DNA from: Octopus bimaculoides
Taxonomy: Eukaryota
Assembly (NCBI RefSeq): GCF_001194135.2
Contig: NC_068990.1
Coordinates: forward strand, 78,926,764 to 78,990,763
Length of the DNA: 64,000 bases
Direction: 5' to 3'
In this document: one piece after another, positions 25,712 through 36,776 of the stretch
Numbering within the stretch: the first letter of the stretch is position 1
How the letters are laid out: the number at the start of each line of letters is the position of its first letter
Notes under the pieces: generated by a model
Told to the model about the DNA's origin: nothing
Seen by the model: the letters and a program-made list of their open reading frames with translations, nothing else
Database searches by the model: none
Made by a program: the position numbers and the translations under genes

Positions 25712-27265
25712 ATTCGCTAGTCTTATTTTTATCACTTGCTTTCACTGCACTACCGAGCGTAGCTCTGTGTGCCCTGGGTATGAGCTATGGTTTGTTGTGA
25801 TGTCTTGTAGTTACTGTATTGAAAGTGTATTGCGTAGGATGTGTGCTGTGCCTAGTAGTGCTATTTTTTGTGTTATATATATTTGTTAGTCTTGGTGTTT
25901 TTGTTATATATTTTTCTGAATATTTTTTATCATACCTAATGCACCCACTATGATGGGAATTGTTTCTGTTTTTAGATTCCACATTCAAGTTACGTCTATT
26001 TCCTGGTCTTTGTATTTTGAAAGTTTCTCCATTTCTTTTAGAGAAACGTTGCCATTTGCTGGTATTGATGTATAAATTAGAAAGTATTTTTTTCTTGATA
26101 ATCTCTGACTACTATATCCGGCCTGTTGGCCTTAATTTCTCCATCTGTGTGTATTGGCATAGTATGGTTGTTTTCTCGTTTTGTGTGACCTTTTCTGGCG
26201 TGTGCCTCTACCATCTTTTGTTTGTTGTCATTCCATAGTGTATATAGATCCCAGCTCTGTCGTGTCTGTGAATATATTCCTTCTTAGTCAGGACTAGGCA
26301 GTCAGAGACAATAAGGTTTGTTATTTCTTGTCCATCTCCACATATTCTGCAGTTACTTATGTTTCTTTTCGTTATATGTTTTTAGTAATTTCTAGTGGAG
26401 AGGCTTTGGGCTTGTGCTGCAATTAAAAATTCTTCAGTCTCTGCTTTAAGTCCTAAGCTTTTCAGCCATTGTTGGGATTTTGCTTTGTCTATTTCTTTTG
26501 CATTTAGTTTAACCCAGTATTTGCCATGGAGGGGCTTTTCTTGCCATCGTTTTATCATGATCCGTTGCTGTTCCAGTTTTAGTTTGGATTTCATTTGTCT
26601 TACAGCTTTTGTTGTTTCTCCTTTTTTTTCATAGTTGTTAGTTACTATGACTTCTTTTTTGTAATTGTCAGCTTCGTTAAAGACTGAAAACAGTTTTATT
26701 TTGTTTTGTTTGTGTTTTGTGGCTATTTGTATTAGTTTTCCTTGCTTCTGAAGTAAGTAGTTTTTTAGTCCTGGTTATTTTGCAATAGTTTTCTAGCTGT
26801 ATAAGGCCTTTACCTCCTTCTGTACGTTGTATATATAACCTTTCTATGTCAGATTTTGTGTTTTCCTGTCTGTTTTGATTAGTTCATTTAGTATCCAGTT
26901 AAGGATATTGTAGCTGTAACTTATAACTAGGACGGTTAGAGTGTTGATACTTATTATCTTGTTTTTCGCATTGAGCTCTGTTTTCAGTATTAATCTAACT
27001 CGTCAACAGTATTCTTTTTTAAATTTTTTCTTTCATTCGTGTGTGATGTATCCTATCTAGTTCATTGATTCCTAAATATTTGTATGTCTGGCTTTGGTCT
27101 AATTCTCTTATTTCATTTGCTCCATCTCGTGTGATTTGCTATTCTTAACTAGTTTCCCTCTTTTCAAGGTTGCTTTAGCACATTTTTCAAGACCAAATTT
27201 CATGTTTATTTCTTTTGTAAATCCATGTACTGCCTGTAGTGTTTCCAGCTCTTTATAATTTGTAC
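25712..27265 (-). mobile_element. R4/Dong-like RLE LINE, 5'-truncated, flanked by sense (AAT)n on both sides
   Basis: KFGLEKCAKATLKRGK, WQEKPLHGKY..GLKAETEEFLIAAQAQSLSTRNY. The 3' end reads GACTAGCGAATGATAATAAT; the 5' junction is at the (ATT)n array 27270-27338. Confidence 0.9.
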
Positions 27266-27272
27266 CGTATTA

Positions 27273-27339
<67 letters not shown>

Positions 27340-27349
27340 GAATACAGTG

Positions 27350-27725
<376 letters not shown>

Positions 27726-27754
27726 GTGCCATCGTTCATTATTTTGTTGTGGTA

Positions 27755-28325
27755 AGCTCTGGTTGCCAAGCTTTGATCTTTTGCTGCTATGATAAAACCT
27801 CCTGAGCTCTTCATCCATACATGAGTGTCTCGTTTTTCTACGTCTGGTTTGTTCACTCTACCTGGGTATCAGCCATGCATCGGTTTTTCTAGCCATTCTT
27901 CTTTGCTCTTCTTCTGGGCTTATTATTTCATCTCTTCCTTAACTCTTTTAGCAAACTAGGTTACTTTCTCACTCACCTTCATCCTAGGTTCCTCCGTTAT
28001 CAGTTGTTTCTTAAACTGTACAGATTCTTTGTATACCGAGTATAGCTTCTTTACTTTATCATGCTGGTGCACAAGCTTCATTAGAGGATCTTTTGACAGC
28101 TCAATATATGTATTTAATCCTACAGTGGTGGTTTTGTAAGATAATTCTAATTGAGTTAGACCTCTTCCTCCCATGCTCAGGTCTCCATATTCATCAATCT
28201 TTTCTTTTTCTTTCATGATGATATGTTGATCTCCTGACACTGCTACGTCGACTATTAGGTACTCCTGTTTGTTCCTCCTAAAGGTTACCATATCCGGCCT
28301 TTGGGGCTCTAAAACTTTGTGTGAC
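27755..28325 (-). mobile_element. Rearranged R4/Dong-like LINE fragments (RLE piece joined to a post-RT piece)
   Basis: QRPDMVTFRRNKQEYLIVDVAVSGD..KEKEK fused to GGRGLTQLELSYKTT..WLEKPMHG. The 5' side abuts the (ATT)n array 28330-28405. Confidence 0.85.
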
Positions 28326-28330
28326 ACTAA

Positions 28331-28405
<75 letters not shown>

Positions 28406-28534
28406 GTCTTTCTACAGCTTCTAACGCTNNNNNNNNNNTGTTGTTATTGATACATCGCTTATTATTATCATTATTACCAGTTGGACCCGTGAAAAATTCA
28501 CGGTAAACATAAAAAATGTAAGCATCTGTAAAGA

Positions 28535-28706
28535 GTGTACTGGTGGCATGAGAAATGCTTGTATATTATGACCGTCTGTCTTTATGTTCTGAGTTCAAAT
28601 TCTGCCGAGGTCAACTTTACCCTTCGTCCTTTCGGAGTCGATAAATTAAGTACCAGTTGTGTATTGGTCCCCTCCCCACAAAAATTTCAGGCCTAGAAAA
28701 GTATAT
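28535..28706 (+). mobile_element. SINE family B, degenerate
   Basis: GTTCTGAGTTCAAATTCTGCCGAGGTCAAC..GATAAATTAAGTACCAG. Confidence 0.82.
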
Positions 28707-28872
28707 TGTGACAGTTACAGAATATAGAAAGTAACGTAACACCAATGACTATATAATCCAACCAAAATATCTCAGTTACACAAACGTAAATGGAATTACT
28801 ATTTAACCTTAAAATACATCATACATATTCAAAGACCCTTTTTGGTTTAGTGGTATGGAACGTTTTTCTGGT

Positions 28873-29080
28873 ATTCTTTTATTCTTTTACTTGTTTCAGT
28901 CATTTCATGATGGCCATGCTGGAGCACCACCCTTTAGTCGAAGAAATTTGACCCCTGGACTTATTTCCTGTAAGCCTGGTGCTTATTCTATCAGTCTCTT
29001 CTGCTGAACAGTTAAATTACAGAGACGCAAACGCACCAACATCGGTTGTCCAGCAATGGTGGTGGCGGGACAAGCTCAGA
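28873..29080 (-). mobile_element. SINE family A, 3' half
   Basis: TTACTTGTTTCAGTCATT..GGCCATGCTGGAGCACC..CATCGGTTGTC. Confidence 0.82.
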
Positions 29081-29164
29081 CACACACACTCACACACACA
29101 CATACATACTTACACACACACACAAACACATACGTACTTATACACACACAAACACACACATATG

Positions 29165-29565
29165 ACGAGCTCGGAGGTAGTGGTGATGTTGGCTGGTGCG
29201 ATTTTATGGTTTGCTGGTATGCCAAGAGAGATCCAGTGGGCCCCTAACTGGTTCCCTGATCTTAAACGTGTAATGTGGATGTATAATGATGGAGCGGCTG
29301 GTGTGGTGGTGATGCTAGCTGGTGCGGTGATCTTCCTCACAGTATTTCATGGTAGACAATATTTTGCGTGTATGTCACACCACGTTTTTGGCCTTGTCTG
29401 TTATCCTGCTCTTGAAAATGCGACATATAATTGGCCATGAGAAAATACTGGTTGAGGCAAATGTATTCAAACTTTTTCAAATGTTTGCCCTTCAGCCTTA
29501 TTAATTGTCATTGAATATGCAAGTCGAGGTAGAAACTGAAGTCTGTTTAGTGTGAATGGAATATT
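29165..29565 (-). mobile_element. Helitron 3' fragment (PIF1-family helicase C-terminus)
   Basis: Single frame [53 protein letters not shown], followed by [10 protein letters not shown] (stop at 29337-29339). These are the canonical Helitron RepHel terminal motifs. Confidence 0.88.
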
Positions 29566-29650
29566 TGTATCACTACGTACAGGTACGTACAAAAACAAAA
29601 GGTTAGCGTAATATTATTATTATTATTATTGTTGTTGTTGTTGTTGTTGT

Positions 29651-29940
29651 GAAGGCGCATGACTCGGTGGTTACGATCCTGAGGTTGTGAGTTCGATTCA
29701 CGGACCGGGCTGCGTGTTGTGTTCTTGAGCAAGACACTTTATTTCACGTTGCTCCAGTTCATTCAGCTGTAGAAATGAGTTGCGACGTCACTAGTTCCAA
29801 GCTGTATCGGCCTATTTATTTTTCCTTTGGATAACATCAGTGGTGTGTAGAGGGGAGGCTGGCATGCATGGGCGACACTTGGCCTTCCATCAAACAACCT
29901 TGCCCGGACTTGTGCCTGGGAGGGTAACTTTCTAAGTGCA
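29651..29940 (+). mobile_element. tRNA-derived SINE family C
   Basis: A/B-box head (GGCGCATGACTCGGTGG, GAGTTCGATTC) and central box GTGTTCTTGAGCAAGACACTT..GCTCCAGTTCATTCAGCTGT. Follows an (ATT)(GTT)n tract. Confidence 0.8.
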
Positions 29941-29990
29941 NNNNNNNNNNTATTATTATTATTATTATTGTTATTATTATTATTATTATT

Positions 29991-30201
29991 AAGGCGGCGA
30001 CCTTGCAGAGCAGTTAGCTCGCAGAACAAAATGCTCAGTGGCATTTCGTCCGTCGTTACGTTCTGACTTCAATTTCCGCCGAGGTTGATTTTGCCTTTCA
30101 TCCTTTCAGTGTCGATAAAATTAAGTACCAGTTGCATACTGAGGTCGATGTAATCGACTAGACTCCTCCCCACAATTTCTGGCCATGTGCCTATAGCAGA
30201 G

Positions 30202-30205
<4 letters not shown>
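29991..30205 (+). mobile_element. SINE family B between (ATT)n tracts
   Basis: Matches 43932-44153 along its length. (ATT)n lies on both sides. Confidence 0.88.
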
Positions 30206-30234
<29 letters not shown>

Positions 30235-30313
30235 GTTGTTGTTGTTGTTGTTGTTGTTGTTATCATTATTAGCATTTTTATTATCATTATTATTATCATC
30301 ATTATTTTTATTA

Positions 30314-30344
<31 letters not shown>

Positions 30345-30388
30345 CATTATTATTCAGTAGTTTTATTTTTAGAGCGTGCTTTAACTTC

Positions 30389-30438
<50 letters not shown>

Positions 30439-30881
30439 GTTTGACTTTTGTTTTGCATTTGTACAAGTTGGATCCAAGTCTCACCCAGAGACCTCAAGAG
30501 ACAACAAGTTAGAAGTTCATGTAGGTGTTATGCCTAGGGTACCATATATTTGGATTTGTACAGTTTATTATTATTATTATTACTATCATTATTATTATGA
30601 TTACAGCACATTTTCATTCAATAGTCAACAAAATTATTGCATTATAACATCAACCTTAGAGAAAATATTTAATTACACATTACTTCTGTTAAATAAATCT
30701 GTGAGCGTTTTTAATCCATTCATTCTAATTGTCTGTTTGTGTGTGTGTGTGTGTATGTGTGTGAGCGTGTGTGTGTGTGAGAGAGAGAGAGCGTGTGTGT
30801 GTGTGTGTAAGTATATTCTCTNNNNNNNNNNNNNNNNNNCCGCGCACCACACACACACACACACACACACGCCCCCGCGCA

Positions 30882-30913
<32 letters not shown>

Positions 30914-30916
<3 letters not shown>

Positions 30917-31108
30917 GCCAGCGTTATTGAGTAAGGATATCTATTTTATTGGATTTTCCATATTTCTCGATACATCAACAGATATTCTAACTTGGCATTT
31001 TTTCATCACAACAAAATATACATACATATACACACACATATCCATCCATCCATCCATCCATCCATCCATTCATCCATCCATATATACAAGTATGTGTGTG
31101 TGTGTGTT

Positions 31109-31148
<40 letters not shown>

Positions 31149-31363
31149 TATCTATGTATCTGTCTGTCTATATCTATCTGCCTATCTGTCTCTCTATTGG
31201 TCCGTCTGTCTGTCTGTCTGTCCGTCTGTCTATTTGCAATGTTTGTGTGTGTGTATATATTTCGTTGTGATGAAAAAATGCCAAGTTGGAATATCTGTTG
31301 ATGTATCTAGAAATATGGAAAAAACCAATAAAATAGATATCCTTACTCAATAACGCTGGCTTT
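30914..31363. repeat. Imperfect ~110-bp inverted repeat (30914-31022 / 31253-31363) around a microsatellite spacer; foldback/MITE-like
   Basis: AAAGCCAGCGTTATTGAGTAAGGATATC..CATCACAAC versus its reverse complement, with about 4 differences. No gap between the arms. Outer flanks are (CA)n and (TG)n. Confidence 0.88.
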
Positions 31364-31849
31364 GTGTGTGTGTGTGTGTGTGTGTGTAATAATGTTTTTA
31401 ATGTGTTTGTCTCTTGCATAAACTTCAGGCATTTGCACAGAGAATATGCATATATTATTTTATCGACTCGAAAAAATGAAAGGCAAAGTGGATCACAGCG
31501 GAATTTGAACTTGGAATATAAAAACGGATGAAAGCATCAAAATATATACATGCCTAGTAATTACTTATTCTTCCATGGAGACTTCAAAGTTTTGGTTTGC
31601 CAGCTCTCATTTGACTCTTCTTTGGTTTGGTTTATAAGGGAAGAAAAGGTTCATGATACCGGCAGAGTATCACCTTCTCCCATTATAATTATTTTCTGTC
31701 TTAAGGATCTGGAAGGCGAAAGAAGCTCACGAGCTTCTTGTGTTCCGTTCCCGGTGTCCATCTTCATGGCAGCGCATGGCTTGTGATATCTCCACTCACG
31801 TGAGGTACATTACCTCTGGAGAATAACAGATGTGGTTAGAGCGGGTTAG

Positions 31850-32095
31850 AGTCCGCTGCAGCTGCCTGCTTCGTAGTGTCCCTCAGCATAATCGAGTTGG
31901 AGAAGACTAAGAAGTTGAACGTCTTTCGCACCTGCTTAAGTAGCCGTTGTCGAGGAGAGCCTCGTTGTGGTGTCGCGCATGGCAAACGGTTGTACGCGAG
32001 ATCTCGCTCTTGTCTCGGGCAAGATAATGGCTGCCAGCGAGATCTCGTACAAAATGGCGCTCGCTACTTGTGCCACGCTACAGGTTCTTTCTGGT
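31850..32095. promoter_or_regulatory. CpG-rich, promoter-like island (host promoter or retroelement 5' end)
   Basis: Marked CpG enrichment versus flanks. YY1-like AAAATGGCG at 32051-32059. Two CGAGATCTCG palindromes at 31997-32006 and 32038-32047. Confidence 0.35.
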
Positions 32096-32619
32096 TTTAT
32101 ATACTTCTTGTCAAGGTGTGTCTTTGATAGGCGAAATTATGTGAATGAGAAATAGTTTTGGCGTTGAAACACAGAGGAATATTTTTGGTGTTTAGGAAGC
32201 CATGGAAGGGGTGAGTCATTCTGAAGTTTAATCTTAAAGGGTTTATACATGTAACTTTACATAAAATCAAGCACACACGCACGCGCGTGTGCATATAGTA
32301 TGTACATGTATATGTGCCTGTATAATTTGACCCACGTATATATGCATCTACATGTGGTGGGGTCTGTATATATATTTACACACACGCATCTGATAAAGTG
32401 AACGCATTCTACGATTACATAATTTTTATTAGTTTGGATGTAAATCGAATTGTCATTATGTAGATATGACTTCAATTTTGTTCAGCCTTAAAGATCCTTA
32501 ACATCGGTACAAGGTGAAGGCCACACATTTCTGAGGGAGACGGTACAAGGTGAAGGTCACACTGTCAATTAAATGAAGTACGTGGCTAATATACTTTATT
32601 CTGTTGAGCCGAGAGGAGA

Positions 32620-33390
32620 AGAGGTGCTCAACCGGGTCGAGATTCCAACTCATTGTTTAAGAAACGGCTGTATCATGGTTAACAAGTTTGTGAGACATTC
32701 TCCTCTATTGTAGGTCCCTCTCCTTCTCTATTTTGCTAGCATTGGTCATGGCTGGAAGCTTAGATTCCTCTTTGTCAATTTCTGGCACTGATGTCGCTTG
32801 TTCTCCTCTGTGGATTCCAAGGCTTCACCGAACTTTTTCTTCATATTTTATTTACTTATTTTTTTGAGACCCAGAGAATTTTGGTAACTTGAACTTGATG
32901 ATTCTATTTCCGTTATCCTTTGTGTTTACTGCTTCTGTGGACAGAAAATTCTCGAATTGCTTTTGCTACCACATATATAGCAACTGAGCTTCCTCAGCCT
33001 CGAAAACTTCAAATAAACATTCGAACGGATTATCTGGGACAAATGTAGAAATCGCTGTGTAATCCTCTTCAAAACGTTGGACAGCAGCGCTGCCCAACCC
33101 CAATGTTCCTAGAGAGACATATTGAGAAAATTTTTCCTGGATCTTTAGTGATGTGGTCAGAAAAAAATAAAAACAAAGCATGTTGCTTAGTTCAGGTTTT
33201 TGCCATACTGACCACATTTGTGAGAAAACAGCCAACACCAATTTCTGAGTAACGTTCGAAAACGAAGACGAATTAGAGAAATTCATGTTCGATATCACCG
33301 CCTTTAGACGATGAAAAGCAACTAATTAATAGCGCAATTATCACTAATGAACTCCTCACTGATTTCATTATGTCAATATTGTTTCTCTCA
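32620..33390 (-). mobile_element. Probable degenerate Tx1/L1-like ORF1 (gag-like) relic
   Basis: Minus-strand CYICGSKSNSRIFC (32941-32982) fits CX2CX4HX4C with H->N. It is adjacent to the 110-aa ORF 32966-33298 and to K/E-rich low-complexity sequence, and is frameshifted. Confidence 0.4.
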
Positions 33391-33391
33391 G

Positions 33392-33426
33392 GTAACTTGT
33401 GACAAAGAAGCAGAATTCTTTTGCAA
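33392..33426 (+). CDS. Micro-exon candidate (phase 0-2): VTCDKEAEFFC(K)
   Basis: Strong acceptor attgtttctctcag| and a weak donor caa|gtagct. Bridges exon 17898-18017 to 48692-48803 in frame. It could instead be a terminal exon ending in TAG at 33428-33430. Confidence 0.4.
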
Positions 33427-33771
33427 GTAGCTTTTTTTTCCATTCGGTAGTTTCTGGTTTCGCAATGTTTTGTGGGTTGTAACTTTTGTTTTTGTTGTTG
33501 TTGCTGACGTCATTATGTGTAAATGTGCAAAGAGAAATCGAAAATAGTATAAGACAAGGTTTCGTTTACTTTAGTGAAAATGGAAGTCCACACTGGCTCT
33601 GGACATCTTGCTTTGGATAATTCGAAGAAAAAACATTTCATTCACCTTGGTAACGGTAAATTATCTTAATTCCCCTAACGATTCAAGAGTAACCGAGAAA
33701 GGCGTTTTGACACCTCAGCAGCGAAGACGAGTAACGGCAACAACAACTACAACAACAACAACAACAACAAC

Positions 33772-33834
<63 letters not shown>

Positions 33835-33835
<1 letters not shown>

Positions 33836-34190
33836 TGTGGTTAGAATAACGAAGTACGACCAAATCTAAAACATGTGGACAGAGGAAAATTAAGGAGAGC
33901 CACAGGCAAAGGCGTTTTGAGCTTGATTAAAACAGAAAACATTAGCAAAACAAACCAGCTAATTATAGCTGCTGGTAATGCTGTAGCTGATATAGTAAGA
34001 TACAAGGTTTCGAACAGAATAAGCTGTCTTAATCAAATAGACAGCGACTCTTTGATGAAATAGAGAGGGACAAACATCAGGAACTGATCCCTGATGCGGA
34101 AGAAAGTATATTGGGGGAGAAAAGTAGAACAGACCAGTGAGACATAAAAGAGAATGTAGAGTAGCTAATACAAATGGATACATTCCTCTT
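33835..34190 (+). mobile_element. R4/Dong-like LINE fragment (pre-RT region) starting after (AAT)n
   Basis: ENISKTNQLIIAAGNAVA and CCTGATGCGGAAGAAAGT (PDAEES). The 5' junction is at the (AAT)n array 33772-33833. Confidence 0.65.
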
Positions 34191-34214
34191 CTTCTTCTTC
34201 TTCTTCTTCTTCTT

Positions 34215-34305
<91 letters not shown>

Positions 34306-34309
34306 AAAA

Positions 34310-34715
34310 TAGGTGGATAAACAAAAGAATGGGATTGAGCTCAACGCTCCGATCACCACTGGTATCACTTTTACATTACCCTCTTGCATTCCATACACTC
34401 TTGCCATTTCCATCACTTTCAATTCAGAGTACTTGATGATTTTTTTCAACCTCTTTACTCACAACATTCATGTCATCTGATATGGCTACATCAATGATCT
34501 GACAGTATTTGTCTCTCTTATTCAATTTGACAATATCCGGCCGACGGTGTTCGATTACATGATCTGTCTGAAAATCATGGTCCCAGAGTATCGTTACTTT
34601 TCCATCCTCCTGCATAACTTTAATTGGCTCACTCTCATACCAGTTCTCTGTTACTTCATATTGGTATTTACGGCATACGAGCCAATGAAGATACACACAC
34701 ACTTTATCGTGTGTG
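34310..34715 (-). mobile_element. R4/Dong-like LINE RLE domain fragment, inverted relative to its neighbours
   Basis: HDKVCVYLHW..TILWDHDFQTDHVIEHRRPDIV..QIIDVAISDD..KEVEK and VIPVVIGAL. Runs into (AAT)n on the minus strand. Confidence 0.9.
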
Positions 34716-34724
34716 TTTGTGTGT

Positions 34725-36320
34725 GTTCCTGATGCGGGAGGAAGTAAAGTATTTTGGAGAGAACTGTAGAAGAGGCCAATGAGGCATACAGAAAGTGGAG
34801 AGTGGCCGGCCAACTTGCAACTGTGCCAAGACAACAGAAGGACAACAGAATTGATTTGTATCCAAGAAGACTGAAGTTTAAAGAAATAGCAAATTGGGAA
34901 GAACCTGTCCCGGATGGAGTAGAAGGCGATTGGCTGAGGAACCTTACAGAGTTACGTGAAAGGGTCGCTGCACACCTGGATGAATACTTGCAGCAAGATT
35001 ACGTGTCTACCTGGGTGACAAGTGGACGAACGTTGTTGCAGCTCAAGGATCCCTTGGAAAGTAACTTGGCAACGAATTGTCGACCTGTAGCTTGTTTACC
35101 ACTTATGTGGAAGCTTATGATCGGTGTCTTGGTGGAAAAGATGTATAATCATCCGGAAAGTAACAATTTACTTCCAGAAGAACAGAAAAGATGCTGGAAA
35201 CAAAGTAAGACAACAAAAGATCACTTATTTGTTGATAAAATGATAATTAGAAACTGTAGACACAGATTGACGGGACTGAATGTAGCATGTTAAGATTACA
35301 AAAATGTATGGAGAAAATGGTTAATAAAAGTATGAAAAATTAGAATACTGAATTGATTGGAGGAAAACGAAGACTTGGGAAAATAAACAGCAGATGTGAA
35401 ATATTTCAAGGTGATAGCTTATCTCCACTTGTATTTGTTTTAACCATGATACCGCTCAGTTTGATATTGCGAAAAGTTAAAATACGATTTGGGAAAAGGA
35501 TATAGTTAGATAAATCATCTCCTTTTTATGAATGATATAATGATATACGCGAAAAATGAGAAACAGCTTGAAAGTTTTGTACATACTGTTCGAATTTTCT
35601 TAAACGATGTGAGTTTGGAATTCGGGATCGAAAAGTGAGCTATTTTGAAAATGAAACGAGGAAGATTTGAAGGAAGCCACGGAACTGGAATTCTAAATGG
35701 ACAAGCAATGAAAGTGGTTGTGAAAGGACAGTGGTATACGTATTTGGGGATACTGGAGGCTGATAAAATAAACATGAAAAGATAAAAGAAATCACCAGTA
35801 GAGAATGAGAAAATTATTACAGTCAAATTTGAATTCAAAACATATTCAAGCAATAAATACAAGAGCAGTATCCGTAATCAGATATGGAGTTGGAATTATA
35901 AACTGGACCAGAAACGACATATAGAAACTTGACAGAAAAACTAGAAAACTGTATGGAAGGTTGTACCTGAAGAAAGACCAGGGTGGAAGACGTTTAATTG
36001 CTGTAGAAGAGTGTGTGCAGATAGAAAGAAAAAGTCTATTAGAATATTTAAAGAACAGCACAGAGAAACGACTAAAGGCAGTGAATAAAGAACAGGTGAT
36101 CAAGTATGGAATATGAGAAAAGGACAAGAACTAAATTCAAAGAGAGTATGTTAAACAGATTGAAGAGAAACCTTGACATGGTCAGTTTTGGAAACAATGT
36201 GAAAATATTGACAAATGGTTGAAAGAGATTGGAACATAATGTCCAGTAGAACTTCTACAGAAGGGGACAGGAAAGATTTTCTGGAGAATCTTAAGCATCT
36301 GAAAGACTATTGAAAGCTTG
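34725..36320 (+). mobile_element. R4/Dong-like LINE RT region, degenerate
   Basis: WVTSGRTLLQLKD..NCRPVACLPLMWKL..LLPEEQK, FQGDSLSPL-like, FGIEK and YTYLG motifs. Many stops. Confidence 0.9.
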
Positions 36321-36329
36321 TGGATCGCT

Positions 36330-36720
36330 AAGGTTCCAGGTAGTAAGCCGCTATCCACAAGGAGAAGAATTCCAACCACATTTCGTGATTCGCTACCTCA
36401 ACAGCTCCTTTATAGGATCCAGTGGCTAAGGACGTCATCAGGAGGAACCACGTCTGGTTTTCCATATAGCGCAGTTTTCCATATAGCGCAATTGTATTCA
36501 GTGGTTTTGGAAGAACTAGCCATTTTCTGATAAACACACTGCATCTTTGTTCCATCCTTTCTACTCTACTCGAGGCTATTTCATACATTTGTAGTGGCCA
36601 CATTATCCTTGGATACAGTCCAAATTGCAGTATCCAACATTTGAATTTCCCCGTTAATGTTGTTTTGTCAATCGCCTTTAGTCCTTGTTCCACTAAATAA
36701 TTCTACCAGGAATAAGAACG
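36330..36720 (-). mobile_element. HERO-like (R2-group) LINE fragment
   Basis: AIDKTTLTGKFKCWILQFGLYPRIMWPLQMYE..FIRKWLVLPKPLNTIALYG resembles the post-RT region of HERO-clade elements as I recall them, and differs from the Dong-like copies. Confidence 0.7.
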
Positions 36721-36735
36721 AATCTGAGTCAAATC

Positions 36736-36775
<40 letters not shown>

Positions 36776-36776
<1 letters not shown>

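Noticed and set aside
28979-29440. 153-aa hydrophobic plus-strand ORF resembling a membrane protein
   Set aside because: Composite of SINE-A, (CA)n and the antisense strand of the Helitron end.
32505-32562. 22-bp direct repeat with 36-bp period (CGGTACAAGGTGAAGG..CACAC)
   Set aside because: Only two units; most likely a local slippage duplication.
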